Source: Clostridia bacterium
GTDB taxonomy: Bacteria > Bacillota > Clostridia > Oscillospirales > CAG-272
Assembly: GCA_017399305.1 (NCBI GenBank)
Contig: JAFQDK010000038.1
Location: 97-64,096, forward strand
Direction: 5' to 3'
DNA: 64,000 nt
The translations under genes and the position numbers were made by a program. Of the stretch, positions 17,957 to 27,567 are shown piece by piece. Each line of letters starts with the position of its first letter. Position 1 is the stretch's first letter. The notes beneath the pieces are model-generated. The model did not search any database, was not told the origin of the DNA, and was given only the letters and a program-made list of their open reading frames with translations.

Positions 17957-18745
17957 TTACTGAGCTGCTGCTACAGCAGTGATGTGAGTGTTAACACCCT
18001 CATACCAATAAAGGAAGCCATCAATGTCTACAACGTCGCCAGCAGTGAGTGCCTGAACCGCCTTGTATACATCGGTATCTGTACCGGTGAGATAATACTC
18101 AACGCAGAAGCTGTAATTGTTGCCGTCCTTAGAAACGGTAACATAGATATCATCGCCAGGCTCGCCATTCTTGTACTCAAGAGACTCGAATGTCATACCC
18201 TTGAAAGAAACGAGCTTGTTCTGGTGAGCGATAAGCTCATCAGTGCCGAGAAGAGCGGTAACATCAGTAGGCTCTGCAACAAAGTTGCCTTCGAGGATCT
18301 CAAATGTTGCATCAACGATCTCGAGCTCACCTGACCACTCTGCCTTAAAGCCGGTTACTCTGATCTTTGTACCGGGAACGAGCTTTGCAGCATCCTCCTC
18401 GGAGCAAGCCATCTCATAAAGGAAGTATGCGCCTTCCTCGTTCTGAGTGTAAGCGGTGATCTTGTTGTCCCACCAGGACTGAGTAGCCTGAATGTAGGTT
18501 TCAACGGTAACCTCGGTGTCAAGGTCAGCTGCTACGAACTCTTCGTAGGTCATAACCTTAACCTCTGCAGGAGCCTCTGTAGTTTCAACAGGAGCCTCTG
18601 TAGTCTCAACAGGAACTTCAGTTGTTTCAACGGGAGCTTCGGTTGTTGTAACTGCATCATCTGTAGTTACTGCGGTCTCGCCCTGGCATGCTGCGAAAGC
18701 AAATACCAGTGTAAGTGCCATAAGCATAGCAATAATCTTTTTCAT
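17957..18745 (-). CDS. Lipoprotein with Thr/Glu/Pro stalk and putative tandem OB-fold domains
   Basis: Lipobox FAAC; TTEAPVE repeats; LVPGTKIRVTG and LTAGDVVDIDG are OB-fold-like strands. Confidence 0.7.
   Translation of the reverse strand: MKKIIAMLMALTLVFAFAACQGETAVTTDDAVTTTEAPVETTEVPVETTEAPVETTEAPAEVKVMTYEEFVAADLDTEVTVETYIQATQSWWDNKITAYTQNEEGAYFLYEMACSEEDAAKLVPGTKIRVTGFKAEWSGELEIVDATFEILEGNFVAEPTDVTALLGTDELIAHQNKLVSFKGMTFESLEYKNGEPGDDIYVTVSKDGNNYSFCVEYYLTGTDTDVYKAVQALTAGDVVDIDGFLYWYEGVNTHITAVAAAQ
18569..18650 (-). repeat. About four 21-bp coding tandem repeats (TTE[A/V]PVE)
   Basis: Visible AGGAGCCTCTGTAGT.TCAAC units. Confidence 0.85.
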
Positions 18746-18819
18746 TTTTTGTTCTCCTTATGTAAAAAATTACATTGTAATAATTATACAACTTTTTATC
18801 CGCAAGTCAATACGTAAAA

Positions 18820-20412
18820 CTATTTTTTTCGTTTTTTTATTACGTCAACCAGAACTGCCGAGATTATAAGGACCCAAGCCGCCCCCAATGATGCAATGAG
18901 AACAACTGCTGTCCTTGGGAGAGGGCCAAGAGCGGTCTTTACTCCGGCGCCACCAGCGGCTGCAGATATCTGATCAAGTCGGTACAAAGACATCATATCG
19001 CTGTATAGGTTCTCGATGTATGCATCATCAACATTTTCTTTACGGCGAACCGACTTTGTAACATTTTCAATCATCTGTCCTGCCGCATCGCGAAGCGAAG
19101 CCGAACCGTTAAACACCGGCGTTACAAAGGTATCATCCGTATGCTCGATCAGCATCTTTGTTGTATCAATCTTTACATCATAGTAAAGCTGATTGTCCTC
19201 GCCGCTACGTGACAAATAATCCCTGTACTCATCCGACTCCTGAGCCATTTTGGTAACGGGAACATATCCTTCTGTTGACGAATATGATATCTGTACATCA
19301 TTGGTCAGAAGATACTGCACAAACAGCCATGACGCAAGCACTTCTCCGCTGTCTTCCTTATTAAATACGCAAACAGACGGTCCCTGTGAAATCATCTGCA
19401 CATTCTCAGGATCGAATTGAGGTATCGGCATTACTGCGGTTTCAAACTCGACAAGGTTATCCTCGCTGATATCACAAAGAGGAGCATTTGTACCCATCCA
19501 TGTTGCTCCGGCTGTAGAGTCAATCGCAAATATACACTGCCCTGCATTTAAAAAGTTTGCAGGATAACTCGATATCTTAAAAGTCGAAAAAGCGCGTGTA
19601 TTTGCGTGAGAAGCTATAGTGAAAAGCAACTCCTTTGCCGTATCATTAAACATAAGAATATCGCCGTTTTCGGTAGAATAGTCTGCGCCTTTCTGCTTTA
19701 ACATTGATATCATCATATTATCTGTAGACTTGTAGATAAACGGAATCATTGTCTTTTGACCGTTAATCTTATAATTGCCGCTTTCATCCTTGGCAATCGC
19801 CGCCTCGGATACCTCCCACACAAAATCCCACGTCAGTACATCAGGAAGTGTGTATCCAAGTGCTTCAACATAAGTCTTGTTTACATAGCATGCCTCTGTA
19901 GAACGCATAAACGGCAATGCATAATAAGAACCGTCTATTATACATTCGGCAAGAAACTTATCGATAATATCATCTCTACCGGGTGCATCAAAACGCACAT
20001 CGCTGCCGCCAAGCCCGTATTTTGGATCTACCATGAGTGAATCAAGCGGTACAATTACATTATCGCCCTGCATATACTCAGCAACGTGGTCCGGATACGT
20101 AATACAGACATTCGGTGTGGTATTGGTTGCAAGGTTTGTAAGCACGTCATTTCTTATTTGACCGTAATCGGTATATGAAGAAAGCGTAACATTGATGTTT
20201 GGATAAATCTCCTCAAATCCTGCAACAGCCTGTGCATAAATGTCGCGCTGAGTCTGATTATTCTCATTCTTAGCCCAGAAAGTTATCTCATACTGCTTTT
20301 CTGTATCAAAGCTCTCGGGCAGCTCAAATATGGCATGTTCTACCTTGCCGTGACATCCCACAAGTGATACAGCGAACAATAATGCAAGCATGATACAAAT
20401 AACTTTTCTCAT
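18820..20412 (-). CDS. ABC transporter extracellular solute-binding lipoprotein with an extra C-terminal anchor
   Basis: Lipobox LVGC; ITFWAK, YPDHV, YYALPFMRSTE, QGPSVCVF; C-terminal LPRTA + hydrophobic segment + KKRKK. Confidence 0.88.
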   Translation of the reverse strand: MRKVICIMLALLFAVSLVGCHGKVEHAIFELPESFDTEKQYEITFWAKNENNQTQRDIYAQAVAGFEEIYPNINVTLSSYTDYGQIRNDVLTNLATNTTPNVCITYPDHVAEYMQGDNVIVPLDSLMVDPKYGLGGSDVRFDAPGRDDIIDKFLAECIIDGSYYALPFMRSTEACYVNKTYVEALGYTLPDVLTWDFVWEVSEAAIAKDESGNYKINGQKTMIPFIYKSTDNMMISMLKQKGADYSTENGDILMFNDTAKELLFTIASHANTRAFSTFKISSYPANFLNAGQCIFAIDSTAGATWMGTNAPLCDISEDNLVEFETAVMPIPQFDPENVQMISQGPSVCVFNKEDSGEVLASWLFVQYLLTNDVQISYSSTEGYVPVTKMAQESDEYRDYLSRSGEDNQLYYDVKIDTTKMLIEHTDDTFVTPVFNGSASLRDAAGQMIENVTKSVRRKENVDDAYIENLYSDMMSLYRLDQISAAAGGAGVKTALGPLPRTAVVLIASLGAAWVLIISAVLVDVIKKRKK

Positions 20413-21242
20413 CCCTTTGTACCTCCTCTCGCAACGCCTGCCATTATCTTTTTGCGGAAGATGAGGAACAGCACAATAAGCGGAACAGATATAACAACTA
20501 CCGCCGCCATCATTGCTGGAACATTTTCGCGACCGAAGCCGTTTTCTCTAATTTCCTGTATTCCGTTTGAAACAAGGTAGTACGCCGCATTATCGGTGAT
20601 AAGGCGCGGCCACACATATGAGTTCCAGCACTCGATTACCTTGAGTATCGTAACTGTAACTATTGTCGGACGACAGATCGGTATCATGACGCGCATAAGA
20701 TATCTAAAGTCTGACGTGCCATCAACCTTAGCCGCATAATAAAGATTATCCGGTATCTGAGAAAAATTCTCTTTCAGCAGATAAATGTAGAATACAGAGG
20801 TCACCGAAGGGAGAATAAGTCCTGTGAAAGTATTTCTGAGTTCAAGATTTGTAACGGTGACATAATTTGTGATTATCACAAGCTCATTGGGTATCATCAT
20901 AAGTGACAAAAAAAGTGTGAACAGAATGTTTTTACCCTTGAAATTGAGTCTTGCAAAAGCAAACGCCGCAGGAATTATTACTACAAGCATTATTGCAGTG
21001 GTTGCAACTGTAAAAATAATAGTATTTGTAAAATACTTTGCAAGCGGAACTGCGGTGAATGCATCTATATAGTTTTGCACTGTTGGCGACAACGTAATAA
21101 ACTGCGGAATATACTCGGTATTATAAGCACCGTAACTCTTGAATGAAGTAAGTACCATCCAATAAAACGGGAACAGGACTATAAGTGCCCATACCGAAAG
21201 CAAGGTATAGACAATTGCCTTTGAAACAATATTCTTTCTCAT
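20409..21242 (-). CDS. CUT1-family ABC permease (UgpE/MalG-like)
   Basis: LFPFYWMVLTSFK, AAKVDG EAA-loop, WNSYVWP. Confidence 0.92.
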   Translation of the reverse strand: MRKNIVSKAIVYTLLSVWALIVLFPFYWMVLTSFKSYGAYNTEYIPQFITLSPTVQNYIDAFTAVPLAKYFTNTIIFTVATTAIMLVVIIPAAFAFARLNFKGKNILFTLFLSLMMIPNELVIITNYVTVTNLELRNTFTGLILPSVTSVFYIYLLKENFSQIPDNLYYAAKVDGTSDFRYLMRVMIPICRPTIVTVTILKVIECWNSYVWPRLITDNAAYYLVSNGIQEIRENGFGRENVPAMMAAVVVISVPLIVLFLIFRKKIMAGVARGGTKG

Positions 21243-21247
21243 AGTCA

Positions 21248-22144
21248 TCACCTCGAGTAGTGAACATGCTTCTTGCTGACAATAAGGTTTATGCATGTTA
21301 TTGTCAACACTATAGCAAACAGAATTATAGCTGCCGAAGAAGCATATGACGGATAGCCGCCGCCTGTACCGTAGAGCATATCATAAACATAACCTACGAT
21401 TGTATTCATCTCGGCTGCGTTAAGATTTGTGCCAAACAGTGCCACCGCATCGCTATACGCTTTGAATGCACCGATAAAGCCCGTTATAATAAGATAAAAC
21501 AGCATCGGAGATATCATCGGCAATGTTATCTTTGTAAATATTCTCAACTTTGATGTGCCGTCGACACGGGCTGCATTGTAGTAGTCCTGATTTACCGAGG
21601 CAAGCGCACTTGTGAGAATAAGTATTTTAAACGGCATTACCACCCACACTGTGTAAACGCACAGTACAAGCATCTTTGCCCAATACGGACCGTCAATAAA
21701 ATCTATCGATGAACCGCCAAAAAAGTTGATAATAAGATTTATCAGTCCGTCTGTATATGGTGTCTTTTTAAACAGTATCATAAAGACAAGTCCAACCGCG
21801 AGTGTGTTAGTCACGTATGGCAAAAAGAAGACCGTCTGATATAGTTCTCTCAGTGGCTTTATTGATGCAAGCCCCACTGAGATGAGAAGGGCAAGACCTG
21901 TGGACACAGGCACAGTAATAATTACAAGAATAAAAGTATTCTTTACCGCCTGCAAAAAATACGGATCGTGCAACACATATGAAAAATTATATGCGCCCAC
22001 ACCAAATGAAGTCTGCGAGGCTGAGTTATACCCTTCTTCAAGTGAATAAATAAACACATCTATAAGCGGATATACCATGAATACACCGAGAAACAATATC
22101 GCCGGCATAAGGTATAGCCATGCTTTGTTGCTTTGCTTATCCAT
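21248..22144 (-). CDS. CUT1-family ABC permease (UgpA/MalF-like)
   Basis: WLYLMPA, FFLPYVT, YNAARVDG..FTKITLPMISP. Confidence 0.92.
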   Translation of the reverse strand: MDKQSNKAWLYLMPAILFLGVFMVYPLIDVFIYSLEEGYNSASQTSFGVGAYNFSYVLHDPYFLQAVKNTFILVIITVPVSTGLALLISVGLASIKPLRELYQTVFFLPYVTNTLAVGLVFMILFKKTPYTDGLINLIINFFGGSSIDFIDGPYWAKMLVLCVYTVWVVMPFKILILTSALASVNQDYYNAARVDGTSKLRIFTKITLPMISPMLFYLIITGFIGAFKAYSDAVALFGTNLNAAEMNTIVGYVYDMLYGTGGGYPSYASSAAIILFAIVLTITCINLIVSKKHVHYSR

Positions 22145-23237
22145 TTGCGCCTCCTAAGTGAATACGCATCTCGGTTTCTTTGTCAAAAACATCAACCTTG
22201 AACGGTTTTACCGAGAATCTGACCTCATCGGATGCAAGATCAAGTTTATTCTCTGCGCTGATAATTGAGCGAACAACCGCATGTGCATGCTCATTTTCGC
22301 TGACAACGCTGATATCACGTCCCATAACCTCAACACGACCAAGCTTGCAATGGAGAGGGCCGTTTGCATCAAGAACAAAACCTTCGGGACGTATGCCGAC
22401 ATACACTTTTCTGTCGTATGTATCTGCATCCATGATACAATCGTTACCAACATAAAGTTTGCCGCCACGAACTTCACCGTCAAATACATTTATCGGAGGT
22501 GTGCCGAGGAATTTTGCAACAAAAAGATTTATCGGATCATCATAAACATCCTGAGGCTTACCTATCTGCTGAAGCACACCGTCTTTCATGACAACTATCA
22601 TGTCGGAGATGCTCATTGCCTCCTCTTGGTCATGCGTTACAAATACGGTTGTAATGCCTGTCTTTTGCTGAATACGTTTAATCTCCTCACGAGTCTGAAG
22701 TCTGAGGCGCGCATCAAGGTTTGAAAGCGGCTCGTCAAGAAGCAATACGCGCGGCATTTTGACAAGTGCACGTGCAATAGCAACTCTCTGCTGCTGACCG
22801 CCGGAAAGCTCGCTCGGCTTACGATCCATAAGCTGATCTATCTGCACAAGCTTTGCTATCTCAAGCGCCTTTTCATTCATCTGCGCTTTTGAAAGTTTGT
22901 CTTTTCCTTTAAGATTTTCAAGTGGGAAAATAATATTCTGACGTACGGTGAGGTGCGGGTAAAGTGCATAGTTCTGGAACACAAGCCCAACTCCGCGCTT
23001 TTCGGGTGCAAGGTCGGTGACATCATCATCGCCAAAATATATCTTGCCGCTTGTGGGCTTTTGAAGTCCGCAAATAAGATTAAGCGCGGTACTCTTACCG
23101 CATCCCGAAGGACCGAGAAGTCCTATCAGTTTGCCGTCTGGAATCTCAAAAGTAAAGTCATTAACAGCAATAACTTCTTTGCTTTTCTTATCGCGTGAAG
23201 GAAACTTCTTTGTAAGATTTTCTAAATAAACTTTCAT
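22137..23237 (-). CDS. ABC transporter ATP-binding protein (UgpC/MalK-like)
   Basis: GPSGCGKS, VFQNYALYPH, LSGGQQQR, LLLDEPLSNLD. Confidence 0.95.
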   Translation of the reverse strand: MKVYLENLTKKFPSRDKKSKEVIAVNDFTFEIPDGKLIGLLGPSGCGKSTALNLICGLQKPTSGKIYFGDDDVTDLAPEKRGVGLVFQNYALYPHLTVRQNIIFPLENLKGKDKLSKAQMNEKALEIAKLVQIDQLMDRKPSELSGGQQQRVAIARALVKMPRVLLLDEPLSNLDARLRLQTREEIKRIQQKTGITTVFVTHDQEEAMSISDMIVVMKDGVLQQIGKPQDVYDDPINLFVAKFLGTPPINVFDGEVRGGKLYVGNDCIMDADTYDRKVYVGIRPEGFVLDANGPLHCKLGRVEVMGRDISVVSENEHAHAVVRSIISAENKLDLASDEVRFSVKPFKVDVFDKETEMRIHLGGANG

Positions 23238-23305
23238 AGCCTCTTCCTCTGAATGCTAAAGTTGTTAAATTATAGTATATCATACCATTTTACAAAAATA
23301 AATAT

Positions 23306-23330
23306 CCCACGGCAAAAAACTGCCGTGGGA
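23306..23330 (-). terminator. Terminator-like hairpin
   Basis: TCCCACGGCA-AAAAAC-TGCCGTGGGA downstream of the 219-aa lipoprotein gene. Confidence 0.65.
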
Positions 23331-23335
23331 GTTCT

Positions 23336-23995
23336 CTATTTATGCTCAAAAACTTCTATCTGCGGAGAAGACTTGCTTCCGTCAGGATATTTCTCAACCG
23401 ATGTCATAACGATACTCGGATACTCAAATTTAAACTCCAGAAGTATATCTATTCCCATCATGGGGTCATAGTATATACAACTATAGGTATCGTTTACAAG
23501 TTCGGATACATTAAACTCCTCTTCCAGTTCAAAGAACTGCCCCGTACATGAAAACTCACAGTTCCCGGTGTCACCGTTGGAAAAGATAATCTTATAGCCC
23601 GTTGCATACCAAATTCCTTCATATACAGAAAAATCGGGCAGCGGTGGCTCTGTAGTGGTTGCCTCCGTTGTAGTAATTTCGGGTGTTGTGATTTCAGTCG
23701 TAACCACCTCAGTCGTTTCAGGCACAGTAGTTTCGGGAACGGTAGTTGTTTCAACTGCTATTGTGGTTTCAACCTGATGTGCCGCGGTTAGTCCTTCAAG
23801 CATTGCTTTCATCTCTGCATTGTCGGTTTCACCGATACCCTTTTCAAGCACATCTATCGCCGCGTCTATATCGCCTTTTTCGATAAAGTCACGTGCCATA
23901 CCAAGATAGGTATCAGCATTGTCATTGGTTTCACCCGAACAGCCTGCAAAACAAAAAATTAATGCCGCAAGAAGTATCGCTATGTACTTTTTCAT
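23336..23995 (-). CDS. Lipoprotein with a TPR-like helix pair, Thr-rich linker and small C-terminal domain
   Basis: Lipobox FAGC; YLGMARDFIEKGDIDAAIDVLEKG; TTVPE/TTE repeats. Confidence 0.7.
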   Translation of the reverse strand: MKKYIAILLAALIFCFAGCSGETNDNADTYLGMARDFIEKGDIDAAIDVLEKGIGETDNAEMKAMLEGLTAAHQVETTIAVETTTVPETTVPETTEVVTTEITTPEITTTEATTTEPPLPDFSVYEGIWYATGYKIIFSNGDTGNCEFSCTGQFFELEEEFNVSELVNDTYSCIYYDPMMGIDILLEFKFEYPSIVMTSVEKYPDGSKSSPQIEVFEHK

Positions 23996-24153
23996 TATAC
24001 TTTCTCCATATAAGAATTAATTCACTTTGATTATACCACCATGGTTTTAACAAAACAAGTACATTTTTATTTATGTTTCGCTACTCTTGACAAAACAGCA
24101 CAAAATCTGTTATCTTTTAAGAAAAGCATTTTATTCCGAAAGGACTTGATATA

Positions 24154-25530
24154 ATGGAATTCCGTATTGAGCATGACTCAATGGGCGAAGTGAAAGTCCC
24201 TGCAGACAAGCTGTGGGGCGCACAGACAGAGCGTAGTCGCATGAACTTTGAAATCGGTGCAGGAATAGAAACTATGCCGCGCGAAATAACTCATGCATTC
24301 GGCATACTTAAAAAGGCGGCAGCAATAACAAATAACGCTTTTCGTCCCGAAAAGATGACCGACAAAAAGCTCGGTGCAATAATCAGTGCTTGTGACGAGG
24401 TAATATCAGGAGAGCTTTCAGATCACTTTCCTCTTGTTGTATGGCAGACAGGCTCAGGCACGCAGTCAAATATGAATGCAAACGAAGTCATTGCCAACCG
24501 AGCAAATGAAATTCTCGGTGAAAAATTGTTGCACCCAAATGACGATGTAAACATGAGTCAATCTTCAAACGATACTTTCCCCACCGCAATGCATATCGCG
24601 GCGGTGCTCGCAGTTGAAAACAAGCTTATCCCCGCGGCAAAAGAGCTTATCGCAACATTTATCCGCCTTGAAAAAGAGAATGACGGCGTTGTAAAAAGCG
24701 GTAGAACACATCTTCAGGATGCAACTCCGATAACATTTCCGCAGGAGATAAGCGGCTGGCGTTCAAGCCTTGAAAAAGATATCGAATTGCTTAGCCGCGC
24801 TGTAGAGCCGCTTTACGAGCTTGCGCTCGGCGGTACAGCCGTGGGCACCGGGCTGAATGCCCCCGATGGTTTTGCCGAAAAAGTAGCAGAAGAAACCGCA
24901 AAACTTACAGGCAAACCGTTTGTCACTGCACAAAACAAATTTCACGCTCTCACTTCAAAAGACGAACTTGTATTTGCACACGGCGCGATAAAAGCCCTTG
25001 CTTGCGATATGATGAAGATAGCAAACGATATCCGCTGGCTTGCAAGCGGTCCGCGTGACGGCCTTGGTGAAATCTTTATCCCCGAAAACGAGCCCGGCTC
25101 ATCAATAATGCCCGGCAAAGTCAATCCCACACAGTGCGAAGCTGTTACTATGGTAGCCGTACAGGTAATAGGTAACGATGTTGCTGTAGGCATGGCGGCT
25201 TCACAGGGCAACTTTGAACTTAATGTATTTATGCCTGTATGCATATACAACTTTCTGCAGTCGGCGCGCCTGCTTTCTGAGGCGATTGTATCTTTCAACA
25301 AAAACTGCGCGGTAGGTATTAAAGCAAACCGCGAAAAGATGCATCACAATCTTCACAACTCGCTGATGCTTGTCACCGCACTCAATCCGTACATCGGATA
25401 CGAAAACGCCGCAAAGACAGTTAAAAAAGCCTTTGCCGATAACATTTCGCTGAAAGAAGCTTGCATTGCACTCGGTTTTCTCACCGAAGAAGAGTTTGAC
25501 AAAGTATTTAAACCTGAACAAATGGTATAA
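24154..25530 (+). CDS. fumC: Class II fumarate hydratase
   Basis: [47 protein letters not shown]. Confidence 0.97.
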   Translation: MEFRIEHDSMGEVKVPADKLWGAQTERSRMNFEIGAGIETMPREITHAFGILKKAAAITNNAFRPEKMTDKKLGAIISACDEVISGELSDHFPLVVWQTGSGTQSNMNANEVIANRANEILGEKLLHPNDDVNMSQSSNDTFPTAMHIAAVLAVENKLIPAAKELIATFIRLEKENDGVVKSGRTHLQDATPITFPQEISGWRSSLEKDIELLSRAVEPLYELALGGTAVGTGLNAPDGFAEKVAEETAKLTGKPFVTAQNKFHALTSKDELVFAHGAIKALACDMMKIANDIRWLASGPRDGLGEIFIPENEPGSSIMPGKVNPTQCEAVTMVAVQVIGNDVAVGMAASQGNFELNVFMPVCIYNFLQSARLLSEAIVSFNKNCAVGIKANREKMHHNLHNSLMLVTALNPYIGYENAAKTVKKAFADNISLKEACIALGFLTEEEFDKVFKPEQMV

Positions 25531-25531
25531 A

Positions 25532-25562
25532 AAAAGTCCATCGGTTTATCCGATGGACTTTT
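25532..25562. terminator. Bidirectional intrinsic terminator
   Basis: AAAAGTCCATCGG-TTTAT-CCGATGGACTTTT. Confidence 0.88.
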
Positions 25563-25566
25563 CAAA

Positions 25567-26475
25567 TTACTTATTAAGCATACCTGCGGTTTCTGCCTGT
25601 CTGAGCTTTGCAACTCTCTGGCTGGTTTCAGGATGGCTTGCAGCAAGAGCTGCAAAGAGACCGGATTTACCAGAACCTGTGCCAAAGCTTTCAAGAACCT
25701 CACAAAGACCCACCGCATAACCGCGCTGTGCCGCATATGCATCTGCCTCAAACTCATTCTTTCTGCTGGAATGCATACAAAGAAGAACACCAATCTTGGT
25801 CCAGATCCACATAAGTGCTGCAAGAACAACATTTGCAAACACCTTGCCGATACCGGTGAAGAAATATGCAAAAGTTCCTCCGGCACTGTCGCTGAAAGCG
25901 GCAGAAATAATCTGTCCGATTGTAAACATAATGTTCGCAACAACTCTGATAACAACAAAGATCGCGCTGACGATAAGGTTGCCGACTGCTACAACAAGAA
26001 TAGTGTCGGTATCCTTGTGAGCAAGATGGCCGAACTCATGTGCAAGAACGCCCTTGATCTGCTCATCAGAATATGTAAGCAAGCCGCGTGTAACGCAAAC
26101 GGTCTTTCTGCCGGTTGCAAATGCGTTGGGATCTTCACTGTCAGAAATAAACATCTTGATATTGTCAGGAAGTTCGGGATTAGCTACCTTTGCCTTGGCA
26201 TACACTTCTTTGAAAAGCGCAGTAAGTCTTTCAAGCTCTGCGCCGTCTTTTATCTCTTTGCATCCGTTTTGCATACGAAGTATCCACTCACCGATAGGGG
26301 AAAGCGCAATCATAAGTGACACAACATAAATGCCAAGACCGAGGAAAATTCCGCTAATGCTCTGGAATCCGCCGCTGAACAGCGCAACAATCAAAAGAGT
26401 ATTGAGTATAAGATAAATAATTATACCGATATTACTCTTTTTCACAAGATTTTTGAAAAAGTCAAATAAGTACAT
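25567..26475 (-). CDS. M48 family (HtpX-like) membrane zinc metalloprotease
   Basis: PNAFATG, LAHEFGH (HExxH), SRKNEFEAD, SHP...RV. Confidence 0.9.
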   Translation of the reverse strand: MYLFDFFKNLVKKSNIGIIIYLILNTLLIVALFSGGFQSISGIFLGLGIYVVSLMIALSPIGEWILRMQNGCKEIKDGAELERLTALFKEVYAKAKVANPELPDNIKMFISDSEDPNAFATGRKTVCVTRGLLTYSDEQIKGVLAHEFGHLAHKDTDTILVVAVGNLIVSAIFVVIRVVANIMFTIGQIISAAFSDSAGGTFAYFFTGIGKVFANVVLAALMWIWTKIGVLLCMHSSRKNEFEADAYAAQRGYAVGLCEVLESFGTGSGKSGLFAALAASHPETSQRVAKLRQAETAGMLNK

Positions 26476-26662
26476 AAAAGCTCCTTTTGCTACGAATATT
26501 TATGTATAGACAGAGTCACACATATGCGTATATAATATCATTTATTGCCTATATTTGTCAACGCTAACATTCAATTACAGTAAAAATTTAACATAATATA
26601 TTGCATTGAGAAGCATTTTATTGTACAATAATAGCATAAACATCCCCTAAGGAGAAAAACAT

Positions 26663-27298
26663 ATGCCAACTACCAACACATTGAAACTCGGAACGAAACG
26701 CAAGAACCTCTTTCTTCGCGTTGTTAAAGGTCATTTTGCAACAAACAATGCACATTCCAACTATTATATAGATGTTGCTGCTCAGAAATCACGTCTCACT
26801 GAGGCACAGGCAGTAGCAGAAGAACTCAGCACATACTACCACACCACCATCGTTGATACAATCCTCTGCCTTGACGGTACCGAGGTTGTGGGAACATGCC
26901 TTGCTGACAAGCTTACCAAGGGCAGCTACATCAGCATGAATGCACACCAGACAATCTATATTGTCACTCCTGAAATGTCAAACGGACAGCTTCTTTTCAG
27001 AGATAACATTGTCCCCATGATTCAGGGCAAGCACGTGCTTGTGCTGGCTGTATCAGTTGCATCAGGCAACACTGTGCGCAATGCTATTGAAGCTATAAAA
27101 TATTATGGCGGTCAGCCGACAGGTGTCGCTTCTATCTTTGCAACAAAAGCCGAGATTGACGACCTTGCAGTTCACTCGGTATTCGACCCCAACGACCTTG
27201 ACGGATACGGTAGCTATGCTCCGCACGAGTGTCCCCTTTGTAAAAAAGGCGAAAAAATCGACGCGCTTATCAATTGCTACGGATTTTCAAAACTTTAA
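26663..27298 (+). CDS. PyrE-like phosphoribosyltransferase-fold protein with a degenerate PRPP loop
   Basis: GHF...HSNYYID, C-terminal CPLC; VLVLAVSVASG where VLVVEDVxTTG is expected. Confidence 0.7.
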   Translation: MPTTNTLKLGTKRKNLFLRVVKGHFATNNAHSNYYIDVAAQKSRLTEAQAVAEELSTYYHTTIVDTILCLDGTEVVGTCLADKLTKGSYISMNAHQTIYIVTPEMSNGQLLFRDNIVPMIQGKHVLVLAVSVASGNTVRNAIEAIKYYGGQPTGVASIFATKAEIDDLAVHSVFDPNDLDGYGSYAPHECPLCKKGEKIDALINCYGFSKL

Positions 27299-27307
27299 AC
27301 TAAATTG

Positions 27308-27336
27308 TTGACTTTAGCATATTGGTATGCTATAAT
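27308..27336 (+). promoter_or_regulatory. SigA promoter of scfA with an inverted repeat in the spacer
   Basis: TTGACT-N17-TATAAT with TG extension; TAGCATA-TTGG-TATGCTA at 27315-27332. Confidence 0.7.
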
Positions 27337-27367
27337 TTTCTTAATCATTTCTGTGGAGGTTACTACA

Positions 27368-27517
27368 ATGGAACATATCAAGACTATTGAAACCCGTAAT
27401 CTGTGCGACAGCGCAAAGAACGGCGGTTGCGGCGAGTGCCAGACTTCCTGCCAGTCTGCTTGCAAGACAAGTTGCGGTATTGCTAATCAGCAGTGCGAAA
27501 ACACTGAGAGCAAGTAA
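27368..27517 (+). CDS. scfA: SCIFF ranthipeptide precursor
   Basis: MEHIKTI...GGCGECQTSCQSACKTSC...NQQC; RBS GGAGG. Confidence 0.97.
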   Translation: MEHIKTIETRNLCDSAKNGGCGECQTSCQSACKTSCGIANQQCENTESK

Positions 27518-27528
27518 GTTTTAAAAAT

Positions 27529-27556
27529 AAAATGCCGCCGCATGGCGGCATTTTTT
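27529..27556 (+). terminator. Intergenic hairpin or partial terminator between scfA and scfB
   Basis: AAAATGCCGCC-GCAT-GGCGGCATTTTTT. Confidence 0.75.
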
Positions 27557-27567
27557 ATGGAGTAAAT

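Noticed and set aside
18569-18650. Short tandem repeats (also ~23650-23770 and 32503-32596) as CRISPR arrays or contingency loci
   Set aside because: They are in-frame, degenerate at third positions, have no unique spacers and encode Thr/Glu/Pro linkers; no cas genes are present.
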